In this document: positions 15,054 through 24,878 of the stretch, piece after piece | Layout: every line of letters starts with the position of its first letter | Position numbering within the stretch: position 1 is the stretch's first letter | Assembly: GCA_035999585.1 (NCBI GenBank) | Contig: DASYGQ010000315.1 | Location: 1-27,837, forward strand | Source of the DNA: Bacteroidia bacterium | Lineage (GTDB): Bacteria > Bacteroidota > Bacteroidia > Palsa-965 | DNA length: 27,837 nt | Direction: 5' to 3' | Position numbers and translations under genes: made by a program | Notes under the pieces: generated by a model | Seen by the model: only the letters and a program-made list of their open reading frames with translations | The model's database searches: none | Told to the model about the DNA's origin: nothing

Positions 15054-16646
15054 TTACTTTAATTTGTAGAGATAAACACTTCCCTCTTTGTAAATACGGT
15101 CGTATTCAGCTTTGAGTTTGCGGTGGGTACGCAGGGAGCATGTATCGGTTGCATCTTCATCATTTCCGAGTACGAAAACATAGTCGGCTTTCATGGAAGA
15201 TGGTCCGGGATCGTGAATCCAATAGTCGCAGAGGGTATCATGACTAGCGCCCAGCAAGGTAGCAGGCATAGTTCCGAATCGGAAACGCAAAGGGAAGAAA
15301 TTTCGCCCGGCCTCATAGTTTTCAAGAATCACAACTGGCTTTGTGTGCCCCAGATAATTCGAAAAATGGGCTTGGATCCAGTCAGGTGAATTATTAAGTG
15401 GCAATACCAGTTTGTCAGGTTCCAGAAGCAGAGAGGCTTCGTAACATTCAGTGGCAATTGTATTAAGGCGATCCGTTTCGCCAATATGAAACCAAACCTG
15501 CTTGGCCTGAAAGAAAAGGCAAAGTAAAGTGGCAACAAGGAACATTTTAATTGGCAGGTGCTGCAGGCAAAGCCAGGTAAGTAAAGCCATATAGAACAGT
15601 AAACAAAGACGCAGGGATACATAGCCAGATTGCCCATCACCGTTTTGGACATCCGAGTCGGGAAAAAGATAAAACAGAGCAAGCACCGCTGCGCTGAAAA
15701 GAAGCCAGCTGTCACCGTTTCTGAAAAAAGCTTTTGTTTTTTGGATGGCCGGACCTTTCTGTTTTCTCAAGCCGGCAAAGCGATCGAAAAGTACGTAGAC
15801 CAGAAGTGCCAGGAGCACACAAACAATGCCCGTGCCATTCGGCAATTCTTCCACTTCATTGAGTGTAACGAGGGGCCGGCCTGTGATAAGCATAGTGTTC
15901 AGCGCTTGCTTGCTCAGGTACATTTTTTCTCCTGATACGTGATGTCTGATAATATAAGAAGCAAAAAGAACGAAGCAAGGTGCTGCAATGCACAAAAGCC
16001 GGATTGCTTTGTATCGAAACGCAGTTAAAAAAAAGCCAAGCTTGCTTTTGCTTTCCTGCAGCGAATCAGCAACAACATGACAGGCCAATGCCACAATCAA
16101 CACCAGGAAGACCAGAATATGGGAAAAGTATGTTAGAATCAGAAGCAGAGCCATGTATATCCATTGCCAGGTAGAAGCTTTGTCCTTCATTCTGACCCAG
16201 TAACCACTCGATAAGAACAAAAGAATAATGGCAACATTGAAGTTATAAAAGCCTGCCATAAAAAAGAAAGAATGTACAAAAGGCAACATGAGGCAGCTGA
16301 GCCAGACCTTATCAGGCTTCAACGCAAGAAGCAGATAGCGGAAGGCAAATGGCAAGCCGGTGAAGCAGGCAAGCAGGAATAATTTTTCGGCAAGAAAAGA
16401 GGGAAGAAAAAAATTTAAAAAAATAAGAAGGAGATGCCCTGTCCAGTTGGGCATGGGTTCGTGATTGAATTGAAAAAATGTTGAAAGCAAAGGGGCATCG
16501 CCCTGAAGCATGTGACGGATAAGTACGGCATTGTATTGATGAGCAGGGCCGTCAAGAGTCGGATAATACCGAAACGCGAGGAGCGGCCAGGCACTTAAAA
16601 TAACCAATAGCAGAAATATCCAGGGCTCAAATCTGAGAATTCGCAT
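15054..16646 (-). CDS. Polytopic membrane protein with a C-terminal soluble domain, putative GT-C-fold glycosyltransferase
   Basis: About 11-12 hydrophobic segments. The first loop carries PTLDGPAHQYNA and then PNWTGH, also AGFYNF. The GT-C call is inferred from topology plus an acidic residue in the first loop. Confidence 0.55.
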   Translation of the reverse strand: MRILRFEPWIFLLLVILSAWPLLAFRYYPTLDGPAHQYNAVLIRHMLQGDAPLLSTFFQFNHEPMPNWTGHLLLIFLNFFLPSFLAEKLFLLACFTGLPFAFRYLLLALKPDKVWLSCLMLPFVHSFFFMAGFYNFNVAIILLFLSSGYWVRMKDKASTWQWIYMALLLILTYFSHILVFLVLIVALACHVVADSLQESKSKLGFFLTAFRYKAIRLLCIAAPCFVLFASYIIRHHVSGEKMYLSKQALNTMLITGRPLVTLNEVEELPNGTGIVCVLLALLVYVLFDRFAGLRKQKGPAIQKTKAFFRNGDSWLLFSAAVLALFYLFPDSDVQNGDGQSGYVSLRLCLLFYMALLTWLCLQHLPIKMFLVATLLCLFFQAKQVWFHIGETDRLNTIATECYEASLLLEPDKLVLPLNNSPDWIQAHFSNYLGHTKPVVILENYEAGRNFFPLRFRFGTMPATLLGASHDTLCDYWIHDPGPSSMKADYVFVLGNDEDATDTCSLRTHRKLKAEYDRIYKEGSVYLYKLK

Positions 16647-16780
16647 CGTAAATCAATATCGTATAAAGTAAATCAAAATTTTAAGACCATTTACTGAAAA
16701 TGGATTGGCAGTTCAGGATGAGATTGGAGTCTGCAGAATGCTGAATTTTAACTATTTTCGTAGAAACCGGACCCGGATCC

Positions 16781-18418
16781 ATGTCATTACCTACCCAAAA
16801 GCTTGCCCGCCATTTTGTTTTGATTTGCAGCCTTTTGATGCTTTCTTGGGTATATTCCTATATGGATATACTCCCTCTCAGACCTACCAGCGTGCACCAA
16901 TGGCGCCAGGCCGATTGCCTTTCGATCGCAGATAATTACTACCAAGGTAACTGGAATTTTTTTCAACCTTCTTTGCATTTACTATTCAGCGACGATGAAA
17001 CATCCGGGAAGTCGGCAGGAGAATTTCCTCTGATTTATTATCTGGTTGCAATACTCTGGAAAATTTTCGGGAAGCATGAGATCATTTTCCGTTTAGTAAC
17101 CATTGCATTCTCTTTTTGCGGGCTCCTTGCCTTATTTAAGCTCAGTTACGCAATCCTAAAGGATTATTTTTGGGCTCTTGCCTCCGTTATCTTTTTATTT
17201 TCTTCGCCCATATTTGTTTTTTACACTAATAATTTCCTGGTCAATATTCCATCATTTTCACTCATGCTTGTTGCTCTCTGGCGGTTTTACCTTTTCTGGA
17301 AGAGCGGGCGTGACAGAAACCTATACCTGAGCATGGGTCTGTTTTTACTGGTTGGCTTGTTTAAACCATCCTCGCTGCTTGCATTTATTGTCATTGGTAT
17401 TCTGTACATGTTCGAAGTCTTCACTAAAATGAAACTAAAAGCCGATGGGCGGGTTTTTGCCAGGCCGGTGAAACAGGCTGTTCCGTTTATTTCTGTCCTG
17501 GCTGGGGTGGTGGGATGGTATGCTTATGTGATCAGCTATAACAATCTTCATGGAGGTGTATACACGATAAACAATGTTCAGCCGTATTGGTCAACAAGCC
17601 CTGAGCAGGTTTCTGCTTCACTCAATGCGTTTCGTAATTTCATTGTGTTTCAGGTAATGAGTATCCCTTCCTATCTGTATTTGATACTTTGCCTTATTTA
17701 TTTGGGTATCCGCTTCAGGAAGGTGGCTATGGTCTGGCGTGTTTCAATTCCCTTGCTAGTGCTGGGCTATCTGGCATTCGTTCTGTTATTCTTTTATTCA
17801 CTTGATTACCATGATTATTACCACATTGATTTTCTGATCGTACCTGTGGTGATCAATCTGGCTTTTCTGCATTACCTGAGAAGAAATGAATTTCGGATTT
17901 TTCAGGCTCCTCTGCTAAAGATGGTGTTTGGTTTCTTCCTTTTCTACAATGTTCTCTATTGCGCAAATAATATGCATCTCCGTTATTGGGGACAGAACAA
18001 ACAGCAAAGCTATTTCCGACAGTTATTATCTCCTAAAGTGGACCTGGATGGTTGGGCCTATGCGGCTTGGGTTTATCCATTCGGCCCATATGAAACAGTG
18101 ACTCCGGTTTTAAGGGCTCATGGAATTAAGCGGGAAGATGCGGTGATTTGCCCGGAAGACTGCAGTTATAGTATTTCATTATATCTGATGGATCAGAAAG
18201 GCTGGACGAATGTGGGAAGTGTGCTGACAGACAGTGCATCCATTGCAGACAGGATTCGTCATGGTGCCAAATATCTGATGCTTACCGACACAGCTAATTT
18301 CCGCCTGCCATTCCTGCACCCTTATGGGAAGTACCATCTCTTCAACTATGAAAAACTGCAGGTGTTTGATTTACGGCCTTACGGAGAAAGCATGCGCAGC
18401 AAGAAAGAGGTGAAGTAA
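16781..18418 (+). CDS. ArnT/PMT-like (GT-C) membrane glycosyltransferase
   Basis: First-loop motif HQWRQAD, then EFPLIYYLVA, IFRLVT and LFKP. Multiple TM helices and a soluble C-terminal region. Confidence 0.75.
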   Translation: MSLPTQKLARHFVLICSLLMLSWVYSYMDILPLRPTSVHQWRQADCLSIADNYYQGNWNFFQPSLHLLFSDDETSGKSAGEFPLIYYLVAILWKIFGKHEIIFRLVTIAFSFCGLLALFKLSYAILKDYFWALASVIFLFSSPIFVFYTNNFLVNIPSFSLMLVALWRFYLFWKSGRDRNLYLSMGLFLLVGLFKPSSLLAFIVIGILYMFEVFTKMKLKADGRVFARPVKQAVPFISVLAGVVGWYAYVISYNNLHGGVYTINNVQPYWSTSPEQVSASLNAFRNFIVFQVMSIPSYLYLILCLIYLGIRFRKVAMVWRVSIPLLVLGYLAFVLLFFYSLDYHDYYHIDFLIVPVVINLAFLHYLRRNEFRIFQAPLLKMVFGFFLFYNVLYCANNMHLRYWGQNKQQSYFRQLLSPKVDLDGWAYAAWVYPFGPYETVTPVLRAHGIKREDAVICPEDCSYSISLYLMDQKGWTNVGSVLTDSASIADRIRHGAKYLMLTDTANFRLPFLHPYGKYHLFNYEKLQVFDLRPYGESMRSKKEVK

Positions 18419-18419
18419 T

Positions 18420-19022
18420 TTATTTGCTGTAATTCACGCCTGACAACATGCGAGCCGCATATTTGCCAAGAATATCAAATTCCACATTCACTTCCTGCCC
18501 TGGCTTAAGCGCATTGAAATTGGTATGCTCCCAGGTATAGGGAATGATGGCAACCGAAAAGCCTTCATCCTTTGAATCAACGACAGTAAGACTAACTCCA
18601 TTGACACATACCGAACCTTTTTCAACAGTAACATGACCATGAGAGTTGGGTTTGTATTCAAATTCAAAAAGCCAGCTTCCGTTTTGATTCCTGATTTGAG
18701 TGCATAAAGCGGTTTGATCAACATGACCCTGAACCAGATGTCCGTCAAGCCTGTCGCCCAACCGGAGGCAACGCTCGAGGTTAACGCGATTTCCCGGTAC
18801 CAGTTTGCCGAGGGTGGTTTTTTTCAGCGTTTCTGAAATAGCGGTGACGGTGTAATCGTTTTCTCCGATTGACACGACAGTCAGGCAAACGCCATTGTGT
18901 GAAAGACTTTGATCGATTTTAAGTTCTGAAACAAAAGAACAGCTCAGACACAGGTGCAGGTTTTCAGATTCCTTGCGGAGAGACTTAACAATACCCTGCT
19001 CTTCAACAATTCCTGTAAACAT
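18420..19022 (-). CDS. ribE: Riboflavin synthase (alpha chain)
   Basis: Starts MFTGIVEE (ATG at 19022, not the ORF-track start at 19145). Also SHNGVCLTV, LDGHLVQGHVD and KGSVCVNGVSLT. Confidence 0.97.
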   Translation of the reverse strand: MFTGIVEEQGIVKSLRKESENLHLCLSCSFVSELKIDQSLSHNGVCLTVVSIGENDYTVTAISETLKKTTLGKLVPGNRVNLERCLRLGDRLDGHLVQGHVDQTALCTQIRNQNGSWLFEFEYKPNSHGHVTVEKGSVCVNGVSLTVVDSKDEGFSVAIIPYTWEHTNFNALKPGQEVNVEFDILGKYAARMLSGVNYSK

Positions 19023-19024
19023 TA

Positions 19025-21820
19025 TCAATGGTTGGTCTGAGGAGTGGATGCAAGCTGAATAAACCCTTTGAGCTGATAGGGAACAATACCAACCAGGCGA
19101 CGCGCATTGACCTGGCATACATAATAATATACGCCATCTGTGCACAGCTTACCGCTTTGCATCGATTTCCCATCCCACAGGATGTTGGGGTCTTTGGTTT
19201 GGAAAAGAAGTGCTCCCCAGCGGTCGTAGATTTTCATGTCCACGCTTTCGATGTAACGGAATGGAATGAGGGCTGAGAAAAGATCATTCGTATTATCGCC
19301 GTTGGGAGTAAACACATTGGGCAGCTGATAAAGCGGGCAATTATCAGCACACACAATATTACTCAGTACACTTTGATTGACAGCATTTGAATCCAGAGCA
19401 CTCACGGCATAGCAACCGGCAACAGAAATCAAATTGCTGAAAACTAAATTCGTATCGCTGCTGACACTGACAGTTTTGATTATCTGAAGAGGGCCATCGC
19501 CGGTTGGGGAATACCAGATGTTATACGAAACAACATCGTCGGCGCAATAATGATTGGGATCTGTCCAGGTCAAAGCGTTTTGAGCGTTTTCGCAATCGGA
19601 AGCAAGCAAAAGCTGTGGAGGGCAAGGTGGAGTATTGTCAACCGGCGCCATGCAAGTGTGTTGAGAGCGATTCAACAGCGTGTCGGGCAATGCAACATTG
19701 AAATAGGATCCATAGGATGTCACATAATAACAATAGGTGTGATGGTTGATCAGGTTTGAATCGGCGTAGGTATTTGTGTTGGAAGTTCCGATAGCTGTCC
19801 AGATATTCGGAGCTGTTTCTTTGTAGACTTTGTATCTGTAATTGAGCCAGGGAACATTTTGCTGCCAGCTAAGGGTTAGTTTGTGGTCAGAAGGAGTAAG
19901 ACTCAGATAAACGGAAGAAGCTCTCTGAGTATACCCGATCAATACAGGGCCCGAAGTTCCGGTTGCATAAAAATTAATCCGGTAAGTCCAGGCCGAATCC
20001 TGAGTGTCAAGTGCTTGATGGTCTGCCAAGGTATCGTTCAGGGAATGAAGATCGGGAGCCGTGAACGTTTTAATCAGTGTCGGATTGGAGAGCGTGAACC
20101 CGGGTGAACGGAATATATCAAGCGAATAAGGCCCGGGATAAGCAACAGTATCAAGCCCCTGGCTATAGGTAGCGGTATTGGACACGGCATTCTGCCATTT
20201 CAGAATAATCTGGCCGGCGGTAGCGCTGGTTGAATCAACATCTACGTGAGTAATAACGGGAATGTCACGTTTGAGTTGAGCACAAACATTTTTGGATGGC
20301 TGGCTTTCTGCGCCATCGGTAAAGTAAGCAACAACACGGTAGGAGAAGGTAACGCCCGTGACGAGGCCTTGCCCGTTGTTATTATCAGTAAAAGTAGTGT
20401 CATTGATAAGGCCCGAATGTGTGGTTCCTACAAAGGTATATCCCCAGGAAGAGGGAACGCTGGTGGTGCAATAGCCCGCGCGATTGGTATCGCACATGCC
20501 TTCACGCCGGAATATTTCGTAATAAACAAATCCGTTTTTAGAAGGGTTGCAGGTTTCTGGGTTCCAATGTAGTTTCATGGTTTGTCCGAACGGTGTCACC
20601 TGCAGATTTTTTGGGGCAGGCGCTATGACCATGATATCCATGGTTTCATAGTCTAACAAGTGAATTCCGCCGGCATTTCCGTTATCATTGTTTTCAAGCC
20701 TGAATGTGACCTGATGTGGTCTGATCTGAACATGATCACAGGAAGTGGTCCATGAAAACTGGCTGCGTGCTGGCTGAGGTCCGAAATTTCCGGAGGCTGG
20801 ATAAGTCGGAAAAACGGCCAGCGGAAGATTGCCATGGAATACATCTCCGGAGGCCGTCAGATTCAGCCAGTTATTAAAATTAGGATCAGATCCTTTTACG
20901 TTGAAGTTCAGTTGGCTGCCGGCAATCAGACATGTATCGTGAGGTTCCGTAAGTATCGGGTTGGTGTTGTTGCAACTGGAAGATAGAATCTGCATATCAC
21001 GTAACACGTACCCCATAAAATAATAGTGCCCGTTGTATTTTCTCCATTTTTCAATTTTGATACAGATGTTGTAATTGCAGATTTGGGTCGGAGAGCACCA
21101 TTCCATGAGTCCGGTCACCGGATCTATGCTTAGTGTTCCGCCCGGAGTCACAGGAAGTCCCGACCAGGATGAAAGAGGATGTTGTGTGGTGTCCATGCAA
21201 GGAGAAAGAGAATAGTGGAGGCTGTCGTTCACACCGGTGCTCGCATCAGGATTATAGGCTCCGGGATTGTGATAGAAACACTGACCTGTGCAAGCCTTGT
21301 CCAAAGGCAGATTGGTTAATTGCGGAGAACTGTTACACCCGAGCACGTCGTTAATAACAAGCACACTTTGAATATAAAACTTGATGTTGACGGAGTTGCC
21401 ATTGTCGATGTTACAGATGTCTTTGACACGATTGGGATCGGCCATGGAAATAATATAGGTGAATGCAGCCGTATAGGTATGGGTGACAATGTAAATGTTC
21501 TTCTTGAAATTCGGATAGTTGGGTCCGACCGGATCCCCATCGTAGCCACCGGTACAAAGCTGATTGGCAAATGGCACAGCAGGACGGTTGGAACGGTATA
21601 CAAGAGCAGACGTTCCATCGCCAAAGTCAACTGTCAGCGAGCAGCGGTCGGCAGCCGATGTCATATCGGTATAAGTGGTAACGGTGATTTCGTACTGGTG
21701 ACAGTTGGAGCTTTGTGTTCCTATAGGTCGGTATGTGATTTCTCCCGCAACATTATGGGTAGCAAAAAGCTTGGGGGAAACTATGCAGGCTAAGAAAAAA
21801 AGGATAATATATTTTTTCAT
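19025..21820 (-). CDS. Secreted T9SS cargo with a type B C-terminal sorting domain (gliding-motility-associated CTD) and FN3/Ig-like repeats
   Basis: Signal peptide, then ATHNVAGEITY. FN3-like segments (APKNLQVTP..LHWNP, TFSYRVVAY, CYYVTSY). C-terminus PNVFTPNGDNTNDLF...IYDRWG...WDG...GVYYY. Confidence 0.9.
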   Translation of the reverse strand: MKKYIILFFLACIVSPKLFATHNVAGEITYRPIGTQSSNCHQYEITVTTYTDMTSAADRCSLTVDFGDGTSALVYRSNRPAVPFANQLCTGGYDGDPVGPNYPNFKKNIYIVTHTYTAAFTYIISMADPNRVKDICNIDNGNSVNIKFYIQSVLVINDVLGCNSSPQLTNLPLDKACTGQCFYHNPGAYNPDASTGVNDSLHYSLSPCMDTTQHPLSSWSGLPVTPGGTLSIDPVTGLMEWCSPTQICNYNICIKIEKWRKYNGHYYFMGYVLRDMQILSSSCNNTNPILTEPHDTCLIAGSQLNFNVKGSDPNFNNWLNLTASGDVFHGNLPLAVFPTYPASGNFGPQPARSQFSWTTSCDHVQIRPHQVTFRLENNDNGNAGGIHLLDYETMDIMVIAPAPKNLQVTPFGQTMKLHWNPETCNPSKNGFVYYEIFRREGMCDTNRAGYCTTSVPSSWGYTFVGTTHSGLINDTTFTDNNNGQGLVTGVTFSYRVVAYFTDGAESQPSKNVCAQLKRDIPVITHVDVDSTSATAGQIILKWQNAVSNTATYSQGLDTVAYPGPYSLDIFRSPGFTLSNPTLIKTFTAPDLHSLNDTLADHQALDTQDSAWTYRINFYATGTSGPVLIGYTQRASSVYLSLTPSDHKLTLSWQQNVPWLNYRYKVYKETAPNIWTAIGTSNTNTYADSNLINHHTYCYYVTSYGSYFNVALPDTLLNRSQHTCMAPVDNTPPCPPQLLLASDCENAQNALTWTDPNHYCADDVVSYNIWYSPTGDGPLQIIKTVSVSSDTNLVFSNLISVAGCYAVSALDSNAVNQSVLSNIVCADNCPLYQLPNVFTPNGDNTNDLFSALIPFRYIESVDMKIYDRWGALLFQTKDPNILWDGKSMQSGKLCTDGVYYYVCQVNARRLVGIVPYQLKGFIQLASTPQTNH

Positions 21821-22182
21821 GGGTATTCAGGAAAAGACTGATAAATTAATTGCCCACCCGGACTCTGGTCACATTTCCGATTGACCGGCAGGAACTGAAA
21901 CAGTTTAAAGATGACAGCCTGATGGTTGAAAGCATCTCAATTATAAAGAACTCCAAAGACCAAAAAACATTGAAAAACAGAATCTAAATTTACGGATAAT
22001 TCCGGGAATTGTCTGCAAAAAGCCTTAAAATGGCATAATCTTTCGGGGAGACAACGAAGGAAATGGATGGAAAGGGATAAAAAACGGTGTTTTTAATCAG
22101 GTTCTAATCAGAGATTGAAAAGCAGGACTCTGTTTAAAAGATGAATTTTACGGTTAAGTAAGATACAGACCTTCAAGAGACA

Positions 22183-23310
22183 TCAGTAATTAATAACCTG
22201 TTCCTCGATATGATCGGGCAGTTGACGGTATTCGTATTGTTGAGTGCGAAGTTGTGGTTCAAAGCCCGCTTCACGTATGGCTTGCTGAATGCCATTGGCT
22301 GTAAACCGGTGAGGAGCACCGGCAGCAGATACAACGTTCTCCTCAATCATGATCGATCCAAAGTCATTGGCTCCTGCATGCAGACAGAGTTGTGCAACCT
22401 GTTTGCCGACAGTCAGCCAGCTGGCCTGAATGTTTTCAATATTTGGAAGCATCAGACGGCTCATTGCAATCATCCGGATGTATTCGTCTCCTGTCACATT
22501 ATTTTTCACGCCTTTATGTCTTCGCAACAGAGTACCGTCATCCTGAAAAGGCCATGGAATAAAAGCAAGAAATCCTTTTGAATATTTAGGCTTTTCACTT
22601 TGCACTTCTCGAAGCAAGGCAAGATGCTCAAAACGTTCGAAATGGGTTTCGATATGACCGAACATCATAGTGGCGGAAGTTGTCAGGTTGAGCTGATGGG
22701 CTGCCCGCATCACGTCGAGCCATTCTCTACCGCCGCATTTTCCTTTTGAAATAAGACGTCGCACCCGGTCATTGAGGATTTCAGCCCCCGCACCGGGAAG
22801 GCTGTCAAGGCCCGCCTCTTTCAAAGCTTTCAGTACAGCCGTATGCGTGGATTTTTCAAGTTTTGTGATATGTGCAATTTCCGGAGGACCCAGGGAATGA
22901 AGCTTAAGTGTGGGGTAGAGACTTTTCAGCTGACGGAAGAGATCTGTATAAAAAGACAAGCCAAGCTCCGGGTGATGTCCACCCTGAAGCAGTAATTGCT
23001 CACCTCCATAACGGAAAGTTTCTTCAATTTTCCGCTTATAAGTTTCAATGTCCGTAATATAGGATTCGGTATGTCCTGGGATGCGATAAAAATTACAAAA
23101 TTTACAGTTTGCAATACAAACATTGGTGGTATTCAGATTCCGGTCGATGATCCATGTCACCTTGCCATCCGGCTTCTTCAATTTTCGCAGCTCATTCGCA
23201 GTAAACATAAGTTCTGCAGTGGATGCCTGCTCAAAAAGAAAGACACCTTCTTCGATGGTAAGGAATTCAAGCCGGAGTGCCTTTTTCAGCAATTCATCAA
23301 TCTTGTTCAC
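22183..23310 (-). CDS. mqnC: Radical SAM cyclic dehypoxanthinyl futalosine synthase (CofH/MqnC family)
   Basis: IDRNLNTTNVCIANCKFC (CxxxCxxC), LLQGGHHPELGL, PGAGAEIL, TSATMMFGHIE, NIQASW and GANDFGSIMIEENVVSAAG. The IDRN, LLQGG and EENVV motifs favour MqnC over MqnE/CofH. Confidence 0.85.
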   Translation of the reverse strand: MNKIDELLKKALRLEFLTIEEGVFLFEQASTAELMFTANELRKLKKPDGKVTWIIDRNLNTTNVCIANCKFCNFYRIPGHTESYITDIETYKRKIEETFRYGGEQLLLQGGHHPELGLSFYTDLFRQLKSLYPTLKLHSLGPPEIAHITKLEKSTHTAVLKALKEAGLDSLPGAGAEILNDRVRRLISKGKCGGREWLDVMRAAHQLNLTTSATMMFGHIETHFERFEHLALLREVQSEKPKYSKGFLAFIPWPFQDDGTLLRRHKGVKNNVTGDEYIRMIAMSRLMLPNIENIQASWLTVGKQVAQLCLHAGANDFGSIMIEENVVSAAGAPHRFTANGIQQAIREAGFEPQLRTQQYEYRQLPDHIEEQVINY

Positions 23311-23405
23311 GTTGCGGTTCTGTTTTATGAGGAGCTTTTTGGAGGAAAGCTATGATTGATACTGCAATTTATCTACATTTACGCTCCTCAAAAGTACAAA
23401 AAAAT

Positions 23406-24839
23406 ATGACAACACTGAAGAAGACCGCAGCCGTTTCAGCGAATGACAACCTCATCATACTTTGCAAGAAAAACACAAAACTTGCAACATCCGGTTTGAG
23501 TGTTTCAGAGGTGGAATTTGTACAAAGCGAATTTGCGCTTGATAAAAAACTGGTTGTTCTCAATCAGTTCAGGCGGTTTGTGTTTGTTCAGCAGATAGAA
23601 GACAAAAAACAAGCCCACCTTCTGGCGGAAGCCTGCCGGAAAGCCGGGGCGGCAATCAGTGCTTTATGTAACGAGTTTAAACTTAGTGATGTTGTGATAG
23701 CCGATGTGGAAAACAAGCCTGAGCTTGTGCTTGCATTGGCGGAGGGAATGAGCCTGGGCAATTACCAGTTTCTGAAATACAAATCTGATCGTGCCAAAGA
23801 GACGCATACATTGAGCAGTATCCGCATTAATAGCAGTAAGCTGAATGAAAAGGATTTGGTGCACATGAGCATTGTTGCCGAAGCCACCTGCATGGCACGT
23901 AATCTGGTGAACGAACCCGTGAACCATTTAAATGCAATACAGCTTTCAAAAGCTTTTGAACGGATGGGCAAGGATGCCGGATTTGGGGTGGAGGTCTTCA
24001 ATGAAGCAAAAATCCAGTCACTTAAAATGGGAGGATTGCTCGCTGTAAACCAGGGAAGTATTGACCCGCCGACATTTACTGTTATGGAATACAAACCCAG
24101 AGGAGCAAAAAACAAGAAGCCTTTTATTCTTGTTGGGAAAGGTGTTGTATACGATACGGGAGGACTGAGCCTCAAGCCAACAGCCAATTCCATGGATCTG
24201 ATGAAGTGCGATATGGCAGGCGGTGCATGTGTGGCATCGGTCATGTATGCCATTGCCAAAGCAAAATTGCCGGTATATGTGATCGCATTGGTTCCGGCTA
24301 CAGATAACCGTCCTGGAGGAAATGCATTTGCACCGGGCGACATTATAACGATGATGAGCGGCCAGACAGTGGAAATGCTGAACTCCGATGCAGAAGGCCG
24401 TATGATTCTCGCCGATGCCCTTCACTATGCCAAACGATATGAGCCGGAGCTGGTTTGCGAATTCTCAACGCTCACAGGAGCTGCAGCGGCAGCAATTGGT
24501 ACCGCAGGTATAGTGGCTATGGGTACTGCCGGCGATCGTTATACATCGAAATTGAAAAAGAGCGGAGATAATGTTTATGAACGTATTGCGGAATTTCCTT
24601 TTTGGGATGAATACGATGAAATGCTCAAATCGGATATCGCCGATATGAAAAACATAGGAGGTCCGGCGGCAGGAGCTATTACTGCCGGTAAATTTCTCGT
24701 TAAATATACGGATTACCCTTACATGCATTTTGATATTGCCGGTCCAGCCTTCATTGCATTGAAGGATGGGTATCGCATGAAAGGCGGAACAGGTGTAGGA
24801 GTAAGGCTGATGTTTGATTTTTTCAAGAATATGGCCTGA
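23406..24839 (+). CDS. pepA: Leucyl aminopeptidase (peptidase M17)
   Basis: LVGKGVVYDTGG, MKCDMAGG, NSDAEGR and TLTGA. Start moved from 23352 to the ATG at 23406; a TACATTTA -7-like element lies at 23384-23391. Confidence 0.93.
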   Translation: MTTLKKTAAVSANDNLIILCKKNTKLATSGLSVSEVEFVQSEFALDKKLVVLNQFRRFVFVQQIEDKKQAHLLAEACRKAGAAISALCNEFKLSDVVIADVENKPELVLALAEGMSLGNYQFLKYKSDRAKETHTLSSIRINSSKLNEKDLVHMSIVAEATCMARNLVNEPVNHLNAIQLSKAFERMGKDAGFGVEVFNEAKIQSLKMGGLLAVNQGSIDPPTFTVMEYKPRGAKNKKPFILVGKGVVYDTGGLSLKPTANSMDLMKCDMAGGACVASVMYAIAKAKLPVYVIALVPATDNRPGGNAFAPGDIITMMSGQTVEMLNSDAEGRMILADALHYAKRYEPELVCEFSTLTGAAAAAIGTAGIVAMGTAGDRYTSKLKKSGDNVYERIAEFPFWDEYDEMLKSDIADMKNIGGPAAGAITAGKFLVKYTDYPYMHFDIAGPAFIALKDGYRMKGGTGVGVRLMFDFFKNMA

Positions 24840-24878
24840 ACAAAACGTCGAACAAAATGATTTTAAATACTTAAACTC

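Noticed and set aside
16407-16423. Phase-variable homopolymer tracts in the first GT-C-like gene
   Set aside because: The runs are only about A7, which is common in Phe/Leu-rich membrane genes, and the frame is intact.
19023-19145. 41-aa N-terminal extension on riboflavin synthase
   Set aside because: It overlaps the T9SS cargo gene in another frame. The enzyme canonically starts at MFTG (19022).
21821-22182. Riboswitch, ncRNA or small ORF in the 362-bp mqnC-cargo gap
   Set aside because: No recognisable aptamer motifs or strong stems by eye, and only short ORFs (up to 29 aa) without support. An Rfam/Infernal scan would settle it.
23762-24343. 193-aa antisense ORF inside pepA, and the other shadow ORFs in the track
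   Set aside because: Fully nested opposite or within well-supported genes, with no protein-like motifs.
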